A DNA stretch of 62,440 nt, the filler included, from Basidiobolus ranarum (Eukaryota), in the NCBI GenBank assembly GCA_040143965.1. It is 20 parts of 20 records of this genome, joined end to end, with 100 filler letters (N's around TTAATTAATTAA, not from the genome) between each part and the next. Parts side by side here need not be neighbours in the genome. Positions count along the whole stretch, not along the records: positions 12,547 to 15,580 come from JASJQH010009653.1; positions 15,681 to 18,713 come from JASJQH010009654.1; positions 18,814 to 21,845 come from JASJQH010009655.1; positions 21,946 to 24,976 come from JASJQH010009656.1; 16 more parts are not named here. One strand, given 5' to 3'. The notes beneath the pieces are model-generated. The model had not been told where the DNA came from, did not search any database, and saw only the letters and a program-made list of their open reading frames with translations. This document shows positions 12,695 through 25,076 of this stretch, piece by piece (position 1 is the stretch's first letter; every line of letters begins with the position of its first letter). The translations under genes were made by a program, and so were the position numbers.

Positions 12695-13815
12695 GTGACC
12701 AAATCTATATACCATATCTGAGAATCCTTGTTGATAGTCATAGCTTGAGCAGATTTGTACCATTGATCTTTGGTTATAACCTCATTTCCATATTCAGCAT
12801 GTTTTTCTTCTTTTGCAGTTTATTTCAAGAAATCTTTGCTTATATGGCCAGATCTTTTACTGTGATCACAGAATGTGTAAAATATTTTCTTAAAGTGCTT
12901 TTGACCTTTATAGGAAGGTTGCCCATAGCCTATGAAAGCATTTTCTTCATTCTTTTGGTTGTGTCCTGATTTGCATAAATCTTCATCCAGAAGTCTGCCA
13001 AATATATAATTTAAGGTCAAATTTTCAATTCTTGATTCTAAAGCCATTACTAGGCTCTGAAACTTGTGTGGCAGGCTATTCAGGGCTGTAACTATGATAT
13101 CCTGATCAGTGGAAAAATCTTGTTTGCATTAGAACATGTCTGGCAGATATCTTCCAAGGCTTTTCAAACCTTCTTGGGAGCTTTGGCTCTGAAGTATATA
13201 ATTAGTAATTTGTCTTTGTCATTAAGCAAATTGTGTTGAAGGCACTTTATTCTTTTTTAACCTGGACTAAGACTTTAGTTTCAGATTGTGTTGAATAGTT
13301 TTCTTCTCTTACAATAGTGTCATAAAGTCCTTTTTCTTACAGAAGCATTTTCATTTTGATATTCCAAACTTGGTAATTGGTTCCATTCAATTTTCACACA
13401 AGAGTAAAGTTCTAAAAATTTGAGAAGTAGACATTACAGAGAGTGCAAGCTTGGGGCTCATAACCTGTTAAAGTGCTTTGGGAGCCTGTTGGAACTGGCT
13501 TAGAGAATAAGAGAGATTGGTAGTTTTCACTCACTGATCAATTATGTTGAATGTTGAGATTTTTGCTGCTTTCAAGATGTAAACAAACTAATGTGTAGAA
13601 TGTGTTAAGGAAGGTCCCAGGAACATGTATGTCAAGTCTGGGCTTCTATCACAAGTTTGAAAAATCTATGTATCTGAGAACTTCTGATATAGTAAACTTT
13701 GATGAGTAAATTCTGATTATAAATTATGGGTAATATCCCAGTGAAATGTAGCATAACAAAATAGTAAGCCATATATGACTACTATATAGGTGCTTAGGCA
13801 ATGTTAATTTCAATA
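12695..13815 (-). mobile_element. Ty1/copia family D 5' end: LTR (13466-13815), PBS, decayed gag
   Basis: LTR ends ...TAACA followed by PBS GGTTATGAGCCCC. Gag remnants ALESRIENLTLNYIFGRLLDE and a degenerate zinc knuckle. Confidence 0.87.
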
Positions 13816-13830
13816 ATGCTACTATAACTA

Positions 13831-14214
13831 TATTGGGAAAATATGGGCTGTTTGGAGGAACTTTAGAAAAGTGGAGTTGTGAATAGCTTTTTGTGAGATA
13901 ATTATTTATTGTCCAGAAATAAAGCATTTATAAATTTTGGTGGAAATACAGAAAAATAGCACTGGGGTTGTGCTCAGAGCATCTGTGGGAGTATAATGAG
14001 CTATTTTTGGGGCAATTTGGATGAGTTTAAAATTTCCAATATGGAATTGCTAATTCTCACCATATTCACATATATATATATATAATATATGTTCCAATTT
14101 TCAGTTAAGTTATATTTGACTAAGTATTGTTAACTAACTTATATGTGATATATGAAATAGTTAGATGTATAAAGATAGAGATAACAAATATGATAAAGGC
14201 CATAAACTTCAACA
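13831..14214 (-). mobile_element. Solo LTR, copia family A
   Basis: TGTTGAAG...CCCAATA with perfect 5-bp TSD AACTA (13826-13830 / 14215-14219). Confidence 0.92.
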
Positions 14215-14219
14215 AACTA

Positions 14220-15580
14220 TTAGGTAGACTGATCATGGAGATATTTAGACTTTGCATAGGATTGGTCCATATGACAATTCAGTTGAGGGAGTGAGTTGAG
14301 TTTAGCATGGCCTTAACACATATATAGTCAAAATCTAGCATGGTATTTAGCTATTCTACTTTTTACCAAGACATCATCCACTTCTCTGCAGAGGAACTTT
14401 TTTAGAATCTTTTTCAAAACTTAATTCAGATAGTTAGAGTTTTTGGGCTTGTGCTAGAAGCCCCACACTTTGTACACATGTTCCTGAGACTTTCCTTTAC
14501 ATATTCTACATTCTGGTTTGGTTACATCTTGACAAAACTATAAATGTCAACTTTCTACTCAATATATTATAAATGAAACCACCAATTTCTCTGATTCTCC
14601 AAACCACTTCCAACAGGCTCCCAAGCACTTAAACAGGATATGAGCCCCAAGCTTGCACTCTCTATAATGTCAACTTCTCAAATTTATGGAACTTTTTTCT
14701 CTTGTGAGAAATTGGATGGAACCAATTATAAAGTTTGGAAAATCAAAATCAAAATGTTGCTGCAAGAAAAAGAACTATGGGATACTGTTGTAGGAGAAGA
14801 AAACAATGCAAAACTATCTGAAACCAAAGTTTTACTCAAGGATAAAAAAGAGTAAACTGCCTCTAACACAATTTGTCTTAATGTTGGAGACCAATAAAAT
14901 TAAGAAGGTATGGAAAGCCTTGAAAGACACCTATTTAACAAGTTCTGCCACCAACAAGATATTTCTAAGAAGATAAATCTTAAACTCAAAGATCAAGCCT
15001 GGAGAAGACATTTACTCACAAATTAATAGAGTTGCTGTTTTAGTGGATAAAATGGAATGCATTGGAGTATCCACCACTGATCAAGATATCATAGTTACAG
15101 TCCTGAATAGTCTGCCACACAAATCTCAGAGTTTAGTAATGGATCCAGAATCAGGAACTGAAAATTTGACCTTAAATTATGTGTCTAGCAGACTTCTGGA
15201 TGAAAATTTATGCAAATCAGGATCCAACCAAAAGAATGAAGAAATGTTTTAATAGGCTATGGGAAACCTTCCTATAGAGGTAAAAGTACTTTAAGAAGTA
15301 GAGTAACACATTCTGTGATTATTGTAAAATAACTGGCCATTTAAGTAAAGATTGCTTTAAAGAATTGCAAAAGAAGAAAAACATACTGAATCTGGAAATG
15401 TGGTTACAACAGAAGCTCACTTGTCCATATTGGCTCTATCAATAACTACCAACAAGGATTCCCAGAAGTGGTATACTGATTCTGGAGTATCCCAACATAT
15501 CATGAATTAAAAACATTGGTTTGTGGAATATGAAGAAATCCCAGTTAGAAAGGTTTTCATGGGAGATGACTGCACATTGG
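14220..15580 (+). mobile_element. Ty1/copia family D: PPT, LTR (14294-14635), PBS, gag and protease (decayed)
   Basis: AGTTGAGGGAGTG before the LTR and GGATATGAGCCCC after it. EKLDGTNYKVWKIKIKMLLQEKELW, CDYCKITGHLSKDC zinc knuckle, WYTDSGVSQH protease. Confidence 0.87.
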
Positions 15581-15680
15581 NNNNNNNNNNNNNNNNNNNN
15601 NNNNNNNNNNNNNNNNNNNNNNNNTTAATTAATTAANNNNNNNNNNNNNNNNNNNNNNNNNNNNNNNNNNNNNNNNNNNN

Positions 15681-16455
15681 CAATTTAATGATGTTAATTA
15701 AATGGTCAATCCAAAACGGATTAAAATTGTGATGGTTTTCCTATGATAACAATCCTCAAATTTCTGTTAGGGCTTGGTTGGATAGATTGGGATACACAGT
15801 ATTATTGTTTTAGACATGTGGTAATCTATTCAAGCAATGACACATCTACTTGTGGTAGGAAATGTGTTGACTGCAAGTTGGGGATATTTTAGCTGAATTG
15901 TTCATGGAAATTTGCCAATATCCAAGAGCTTATGCTCATTGTATATGGTAACAAGAGTCAGCTATTCACCAAGTGTCAGTTCTATTCAAAATTTCCAATG
16001 TTTAGCATTTTTTCCACCATTAGTTTGCTGGTAAAGCATATTGATGTTGTTGAGTGATGTCTGATCCATGTGGTATGTGAATATGTAGAGACTAAACACA
16101 ACAAGATTCTTGTATTTTTTGATTTTCATTATGGCTTGAATACCAAGCCTAACATATCTAAATAAAGGCATGCATATTAATTTGAATTCCTACAGCAGTA
16201 AACCCAGTAATTTGCCATTCAAAGATTAAATTTTTGCAAAAATTGCCAGAAAATAAATAATGCCTGCCAAATATGAGGATCAATATTCCAACATGTATGA
16301 ATACCATCAAAATATCATCAAGAAGCTGCAATCTCACCATCAAAATACCTGGCAGAATGCAAGCCACTGATATTGTGATGGTGCTCTGATGGTTTGGCAT
16401 TCCCAAGGGGTGGATCCAATTCAGATCAAATCAATTTTATTTTTGCTGGGGTGGG
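15681..16455 (+). mobile_element. Family E subterminal noncoding region
   Basis: Block of about 550 bp (GAGCTTAT...GATCAAATCAATTTTATTTTTG) repeated at 25077-25605, 34680-35205 and 50077-50628. Confidence 0.72.
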
Positions 16456-18268
16456 CCACACAGATCTGAGTGTATCAGCCCAATTTTGATCCATTTTTCT
16501 CATTCCAGAGCACACAAATGGTTGTCTGTGTTGCCTACTATATAGGCAACCTTCACATTGCTTTAAATCTGATGGAATTACAAAATTTAGTCTCCAAACT
16601 ATCTTGTTTTTGATTAAATTTCTCAAAACATAATTCTAGATGACCCAATCACCTCTGCCAGATTTTTCAGTGTAGCTCATCAGCTGTGGCAGTGATAACT
16701 TGTTCATATATTGGCCTAATATAAAGAAGCTTATACAAGTTGTTTTGCTTAGCTCCAGAAGCTACAAAATTTCATTTTGAAACCTGATTCCATAGCCATT
16801 TTGATTCAAATTAAAGCTATATCTTTCTAATTTAGCTTTACTTACTGATAAAAAATTCTTTGCTATCCCAGCCACATATTATTGGGAAAATATGGACTGT
16901 TTAGAGGAACATTATAAAAGTGGAGTTGTGAATTGCTTTGTGAGATAATTATTTACTATCCAGATATGAAGCACTTGTACATTTTGGTGGAAATACCAAA
17001 AGCTAACACTGGGGTTGTGTTCAGAACATCTGTGGGAGTAAAATGAGCTATTTTGGGGCAATTTGGACAAGATTGAAATTTCCAATATCAAATTGCTAAT
17101 TCTCACATTATTTGCATATACATATAATATATGTTCCAATTTGCATTTAAGTGTTATTTGACTAAATAATCTTAACTAACTTATATGTGATTTATGGAAT
17201 AGTTAGGTATATAAAGATAGGGATAACAAATATGATAAAGACAATAAACTTCAACACATATAGCACATTTTTTAGTATTAGATGCATTCCTGCAGAGATG
17301 TCCCCAAGGTCCACTTCAAGGGCTTCTAGTAGCTGGTCATCTCCTATATTAGCCTTCCTTTTTATATCAGTTTTGATTGTGTTAACCAGGATCTTTTGGT
17401 TATAGAAATGTTGAGAAGCTCCAGTGCCAATGTAACATATCCTACCATCTTGCTCAAAGTTCACTGATAGGGCTGATGTCAATAAAGCTTCTTCTTTGGC
17501 TGAAACTTGATTTGCTTGTTGTGACTTCTCATTTTTCTTGTCATTTCTTGATATTGAATCCTTTATAAGATGTCTAGGTTTTTCATAACCATAACATAGG
17601 CCTGGTTTCCTTTTAATGCAACTTTTGAACCTGCCAAAGCTATATTTTTCAGCTCCAGAAAGAGGGAATTCTTCAGATTCTTTTTCCAAATTCTTGCTTG
17701 TGAGATGTTGATCCATTAGTCTTGCTACCAGAAACTCCAAAGTTTACTTGTCAGAGCTTGCTTCCAATGCTGTATTCAAGTTTGAATACTGCTATGGCTA
17801 ATTACTTAGAAGAGTCATAGTTATATTTTCTTCTTGTATAGTTGCAAAAATATTCTCCAGTTGTTTTGTCTATGCTCTCACATTTGCAATATCAGTAATC
17901 ATGCTTTCAGACTTTTCCATTGTTATATCAAAGAATTCTCTTCTGAGAAAGAGTCCATTAGCAAGACTCTTTACTTCATAACACTCTTCCAATAGAGTCC
18001 AAGCCTTATGGGAAGTCTTTGCATGTTGAATATTCACAAGTTGTGGATCTTTCAAACTCTGATCAATGACATTAAATGTCTTCTTGTCTCTTTGCTTGTG
18101 AGCTTCCATCACAGAAAGGTCAGAAGGATCCTTTTCATCTTGAGAGACAGCATCCCAATGCTCCCTATCCTCCAGCATGATTAGCATCTTGAACTTCCAG
18201 AAATTGGCTCCAATTTCACAGTCTTCATATATGCTATAAATCTCAAAGTATGAAGAGAGCTCCTTCAT
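16456..18268 (-). mobile_element. Ty1/copia gag-protease-GAG-pre-integrase (decayed)
   Basis: FWKFKMLIMLEDREHW, LEFLVARLMDQ, CYIGTGASQH, CEGCLYSRQHRQPF. Interrupted by a solo LTR. Confidence 0.87.
16880..17256 (-). mobile_element. Solo LTR, copia family A
   Basis: TGTTGAAG...CCCAATA with perfect TSD CATAT (16875-16879 / 17257-17261). Confidence 0.92.
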
Positions 18269-19629
18269 TTCTTTTCATTATGTAGACCCAAGTGTGTCTT
18301 GTATAATCATCAATAAATTTGATTAAAAATCTCTCTACATATAATGACAAGTTTTGCATAAATGCATGTAAATATAAATGAATTAAATTCAATTTATTGA
18401 AAGATTTGATTAAACCAAAGCTCTTGAATGGTTGCCTTGCTTGTCTTGCATATAGACAGCCCTCACAAATTTCTATTTTGGTTGGTGGGGGCTAATTTGA
18501 ATTCTAGAAATTAGGCAATCTTTGAGCATTTTGCTCAAATAATCAAGTCTAATATGGCAAAATCTTTTATGACAAAATTGAGTAGTTTCTTGATTGGAAC
18601 AATTTATTGTTGGATAATTAATCTTTATTCAACATCATAGTTAACTTTAGTTATGATACATATATCAGAAACAGAAAGCAACGTATCTATAGCCCCTATA
18701 TTCTAAATAGGAANNNNNNNNNNNNNNNNNNNNNNNNNNNNNNNNNNNNNNNNNNNNTTAATTAATTAANNNNNNNNNNNNNNNNNNNNNNNNNNNNNNN
18801 NNNNNNNNNNNNNTAAGACTATCATGTGACCTAGTACAACTAACATCTGGAACATCATATGAATGCTGTTTAATACTTAGTGATATCTGAATAACTGATG
18901 GTACTGATAATACTGATCTGGGGATTATACTGATATACTGATAATACTTCATATTGCATAACCTAACAAACACTCAAGCTGCTATGAGTAGCTAATCATA
19001 GCACATGATTGTTAAGCTGGTGTAAAGAATATGGTGGATGTATCACAGTTGAACAAGCAATAACAACTTTACAAAGCATCACAGCCATCAGAAAGTAGTT
19101 GAGGGATGATGTGAGGGCTAGGTTGAACTATCAAATAAATAACAGAGTGATGTATGGGTCTATTACACTACCCACACCAACACCAAGCTAGTATTCCAGT
19201 CACATCAATGATGGAAGTTCAGATCTTTAAGCATAATTTATATAAATGTGACATCATGCAGGAATACCAAATCATGTTGATGTTTGTTGTAGATTGCTTA
19301 AATCATAACTTTTAAACAAGACTCAACAAGTTGTATTTAATCAAACACCTTGCTCAAAATGCACATTCCATTTCATCAAGGCTAGGATTGTTGCTACCTT
19401 AGCCAATGGTGCGGAGTGAGTGTGCATTTTTGTTTAAGAATTTTGCAGCCAAAAATCTTTGTTACAAACAGATCAACAACCATTGTGGATGGCTTCAAAG
19501 ACTGCAATAAAGATATGGCAATCATGTTGACTCTTACATTGTTGACTGCTTATGGCTGATATGTTCATTTACAAGCAACTTTGTGCATGGTGTTGAGAAA
19601 ACATGGGTAAGGAAAACACCCAAGGGATA

Positions 19630-21845
19630 TCTTTGCGGTGCTGAAGACTGCAGACATATAAACCTGGTGTGATACCAAGTATCTGGTATGCTCTACACTT
19701 AAAGTAGAGCTTAAGATGCACTAAAGACTGATCACAAAAGATTAAGTACCAAGAAAGGAGTAGAATAAGACATACTAAACAGAGACCTTGCTAAATTCTA
19801 AAGACTGCTGACAACTGACAAAGGAGCAGGTTCCAAAAAATGATTATATGGGAAACACTTGTTCTAAAGTGTGCAAAATGCTAAGGAGAGCTGACAAATG
19901 AGAAACAACATAGTGCCAAGAAACTTTGCATATGGATACACTTAAAGTAGAGTTCAAGCTATGCTCAAGACTACTGACAATAAACAACAGGTATACATGT
20001 TATGGTGCCAAAAAACAATGGGTGTGGGAAGTCTTTAGAGCAGTGTCCATGCCATCCAATAAGCTACCAGTAACTCACAATTGTATAGTTACCTAAACAC
20101 TTGAAATAGAGTCTATGCATTAAGCACTGTCAAAGATAAAAACAATTGGTATGGAGTTAAGAAAGAAGTACAATGAGAAGAACTTGAGTAGAGTCCACAC
20201 AGCCCAAATGTCTACCAACAAATGACAAAAGGTATGGCTCCATGAAACCAGCTGTATGGCAAACACTAAAAGGAGAGGATACAAAGTTCTAACAACTGCT
20301 GGCAAAAGACCAATTATATTGTGTGAGGGCAAAATGCGGATGGAATCACTTGAAGCAGAGTCTATAAAGCAATATAGATAGCTGACAAATGATGAAAATT
20401 ATGTTGCTAGGTAATAATAGATATTGCAAATACTAAATGGAGTGTTCAAGTGGTGTAAAAGGCTACCAAGCAGTGAGAATACACTTGGTGCCAAGTAATA
20501 ATGAGTATGGGAAGATCTTGAAGCTAAGTCACTGCAGTGCAAAAGATGAGTGACCAGCCTTGAATAGTATAGTGCTAGGAAATTGGCAGTACAAGAAAAT
20601 TTAAATACAGTCCATGCTGTTTTGGTATCTACTGGGAAATAATGAAGGGTTTGGCAAAAACAGAGATCAGGTGGGCAAAAGACTCAAGCAAGAATCATTG
20701 AAGTGCTAAAGACTGCTATCCAATGACAAATGGCATGGTGACATGGGAAAATTAATACAGATCCACTTGAAGCATTGTCTAAGCAGTGATCAAGACAGTT
20801 GACTAATAACAGAAGGCATAGGTCAACAGCAACAACTGATATAGAAAGCACCAAAATGAGAAGTTAAACACTTCTAATGGCCATGGAGAAACAGCAAAGG
20901 GAATAGTGCCAAACAACAATGAACATGCTAAGTGCTTTAAGGGGAGTCTATGTAGTGTTAACAAATCTGATTAATTGCAGAAGACATAGTAAAAAGACAT
21001 GAGTGGTATGGAATATACTAAAAGGAGAGGTTACACATTGCTAAATAATACCATCAACTACCTGAGGTATGTTGCCAAGTAAATTGCATTATGGGAAGTA
21101 CTAAAAGGAGAGATTGTGCAATGCCAAAGTAAACTATTAAATACCAAAGATAAAGTGCCAAATTGTGAGCATTGTGGGAATTACAAAAGGTGATATGATG
21201 CATTTGCTCAAGAATACCATCAAATAGCAAAAGGTATGGTACCAAAAAACAAGCAGTATTGGAAACACCTAAAGCTAGGGATAGTGCCAAAGAGCCCTAT
21301 TAAATGACCCAAGTCAAAATGCCTAGAAACACTATGGGTGGTATGCCAGGTACTAATAGAAGTGGCTATACAGTGCTAAGACTGCTGATAAACCACAAAA
21401 GGTATGAAGTAAAAATCTTGTGATATGGGAAGGCCTAAGAGTGGAGGCTACACAATACTAAAGAATGCAGACATACAACTCCAGGCATGGTGCCCACAAA
21501 CAAGTGGTTTAATAAATACTACAAACAGAGGCTACACAGTGCTTAATAGCACTGTTAAACAACCTAAGATATGGTGCTGAGACACTGGTGGCATGGTAAG
21601 CACAAAAAGGAGAGGCTATGTAGTGCCAACAATGTTTTAGAAATGACTAAAGTTCTGATGCTAAAATATGTATACAAATGAGGGCCTATGCAGTGCTAAA
21701 AATTATCATCAAATGATCGAAGGAATGTAGCCAAATAAGGAGCTGTTTGGCAAGGACTCAAGGCAGAGATAATGCAGTGGTAAGAACTGCTTGCAAACTA
21801 TAAAATATATGATGTAAAAAGTTAATGGGTTTGAAGCCACTGAAA
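19630..21845 (+). repeat. Degenerate 84-bp (28-codon) tandem repeat, remnant of a repeat-protein ORF
   Basis: Equivalent anchors at 21374, 21456, 21540, 21624, 21694, 21778 (mostly 82-84 bp apart). Conserved frame reads approximately KVWCxETxGMGSTKxRGYAVLKTADKRx with synonymous third-position variation. Confidence 0.75.
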
Positions 21846-22103
21846 NNNNNNNNNNNNNNNNNNNNNNNNNNNNNNNNNNNNNNNNNNNNTTAATTAATTA
21901 ANNNNNNNNNNNNNNNNNNNNNNNNNNNNNNNNNNNNNNNNNNNNATTGTGGTGGGATAGTGCCATATTGTTCCTTATAGTGTCCGATCAAGTGTTATAG
22001 GACCCAGCCATGGTAATTGACAGATTGCGCCAGATGGTGTACTAGCAGGCTGGATCAAGCAGCACGATCTGACCTGGTCCGATGGAACAAGTCTATTGTA
22101 ATA

Positions 22104-24976
22104 GATAGCAATATCAATTTTGTCAGTTTTACCAATTTTCTCTATTTTCTCAAAACCTCTCTAAATCACCTCAAATTTTCACCCAAGCTTAACAGGCATG
22201 ACAGTTATGACCTAAGCATGTCCAATAGCTCTATTTTATAGTAAACTAGGTATAGTACATATTCAAATCAATAGAACTTTAGTGTGAAAGTCACAAATCC
22301 TAATCCAGTCCAAAACACTTCCACATCCCCTAAACACTTTTATCAGGCTATGAGCCCCAAGCTAGCTGTTAAAGGAATATCTGCCTGTACTATTACCAAT
22401 GTTTTTGCATCCACCAACAAGTTTGATGGTGCAAACTCTCACCTGTGGAAGTTCAAGATGCAAATGGTGCTAGAAGACAAAGACCTTTGGGGATTTGCTA
22501 CAGGAGAAGAAATCAAACCAGAGGGTGCACCAGAAGACATCATTGCCTTTGAAAAGAAACAGAGGAAAGCACTCCCTACATCTTGTCTACAACTCAGAGA
22601 CTCACAATTGAGGCACTACACTCAGCCAAAAACATCCAAACCGCTTGGGAAACACTTGAGAGACTATACAAGACTAAAAAATTGGCTCATAAGCTTTGTT
22701 GTAGGTGAAATTTATTAACATTTCAGATGAACTCTGAAGATTCTATGGCTAATCATGTAAATCAGATAAAAACTATGGTAAATTGGCTCCCATCTGTTAG
22801 AGCACCTCCAAATGACAATGACTTAATCATGACACTATATGGTAGCCTGCCCAATGAATTTGAGAACCACATAATTGCCACAGAATAAAGATCAGAGCTA
22901 TTAACAATGAAATATGTTGGTGCTAGACTTTTGAATGAGGAAATAAGTAGATCTAATTCTCAGCAAAAGAATGCAGATCAGGCATTTTTTGGAACTTTAA
23001 AAGTCCTACAGTCTTCAATCATGGTGCCCCTAATAAGAAATTAATTATCTGCAAGTATTGCAAGAAACAAGGCCATTTAATAAAAGGTTGCAGTAAAGGA
23101 TTGTTGCCAAAAGGCTGAAATCAGAACTAGCAAATCAAGTAAGAGCTGATAGGGATCCTTTTTTAGTGTCTGCCCAAGCAGTGACCCCTAAGGAGAACTC
23201 AAGAGTGTGGTACATTGATTCAGGAGCTTCCCAGCATATATCAAACAAGAAAACTGGTTTTCCAGCCTAAACCCATGCACACAAGGGAGGTCTACCTAGG
23301 TGATGACTATGCACTAGACGCAGTGAGTAAGGGAGTAGTTGTGCTCAACTTATACCAGAATTCTTCTAAACTATCTGCAACTTAAGATAATTTACTCTAT
23401 TTACTAAATATATCCAAGAATCTACTCACAGTAGGCCAAGCAACAACTCAGGGATCAAGTTTTTGTGTTTGGCAAGGCTGGTTGCACTGTCACAGCTCAC
23501 AAGATAAACAAGTTAGTTACTGGGATTAAAACTCTAAATATATAAAAGGTAGAAAACAACAAGCTGCATTCTAGGCATGAAAACCTGGCCAAAACAAGTG
23601 AAGTAAGCTGTCAAACGTGATGTAGAATATTGGGCCACACAGGGATCAGAAGCTGATACAAATAATCTGAAATTGGCTTATTTCAGCCTTAAAAATTTAA
23701 AATATTATCAAACTGGATCAGTGTGAAGATTGTATATATGTAAAACACTCTTTTGTATTTGTTCTAACCAATGTGGGCCCATGAAAAACTTTTCACTTGA
23801 TGGCAAAATATTCCTTACAACCTTTGTTGATGACAAAGCAAGATGTAGTTATGTATTATTTCTGAAAGCCAAGTGTAACTAGGTATTCTTTCTGAAAGCA
23901 AAATTTGAAGCCTTAGCTATGTTCAATCACTACAAAGCAATGGTAAAGAAAGATTCAGCAAAAAAAATCCAGGTACTAAGGGGTGGTAATGGTGATGAAT
24001 ACTGGTCTAAAGACTTAGCCAGTTTTTGTTCTGAACATGGAATTATGCATCAAACAACTTTATCTTATACTCCACAGTATAATGGAGTTGCAGAATATGC
24101 TAACACAACCATAGTGGAGATGGCAAGAGTAATGTCACACAATCAAAAGTTAGATTACTAATATTGGGCTGAATCTGTCTGCACTGCAGTTTACATCATA
24201 TACAAAATTTACTCCATTTGAAGCCCTTGATGGATCAAAACCAAGTGTGGATTGTCTCAGGAGCTTTGATTTCATAGCATATTGCCTAATTCTAGCTCAA
24301 AAATGCTTGAAGTTGGAACCCAAAAGCAGAGAGTGCATATTTCTATGTTACTGCAATGGATTTAAGGCCTGCAGACTGTTAAATACCAAAAATTAGAAGT
24401 TAATCAGGTGAGATGTGTTATTGGATGACAAAGCAAGTTTATAACCTCAAATCTCAGCTTGCAATCCAGAAACAAAATCAGCACTATTCAGGAAGTGTCT
24501 GAAAAATTGCAGCTCTATCTGAGCCCAATTCAACCAAATATCTAACCCTAATTACATCTGAGGATGATTCAAGACCTAGAATATCATCCAGAAGGACTAA
24601 TAAGCCAGGGAACTGGTTGAACACTTCTAATAATGATGTCTTTGCTTATGCAGCATTCTGTGACAAGCCACAGACTCTAGATTAAGCTCCAAAGGGTCCA
24701 GATTTAAAATCATGGGAAAAAGCAATGTCTGATGAGTTTTCTTCACTCCAGGACAGCAAAGTGCAGGTTTTAAGTCCTATGCCATCAGGAAAAAGACCCA
24801 AATGTTGCAGATGGATCTACAAATATAGACAAAGCTGATGAAAATATAAACATGTACAAAGCAAGATTAGTTGCAAAAGGTTTATCCTAGACTCCAGGAG
24901 TTGATCTTGATGAAACCTTTATGCCAGTAAATACGTTTAGCTCCATTAGATCAAACCTGGCACTATCAGCCATCCA
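22104..24976 (+). mobile_element. Ty1/copia family C: partial 5' LTR (to 22345), PBS, gag-protease-integrase-RT start (decayed)
   Basis: ...TTTTATCA then GGCTATGAGCCCC. KFDGANSHLWKFKMQMVLEDKDLW, CKYCKKQGH, WYIDSGASQH, YTPQYNGVAE, YKARLVAKG in copia domain order. Confidence 0.9.
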
Positions 24977-25076
24977 NNNNNNNNNNNNNNNNNNNNNNNN
25001 NNNNNNNNNNNNNNNNNNNNTTAATTAATTAANNNNNNNNNNNNNNNNNNNNNNNNNNNNNNNNNNNNNNNNNNNN

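Noticed and set aside
19630-21845. CRISPR array or C2H2 zinc-finger array
   Set aside because: No constant repeat with unique spacers, eukaryotic context, and no CxxC...HxxxH pattern in the conserved frame.
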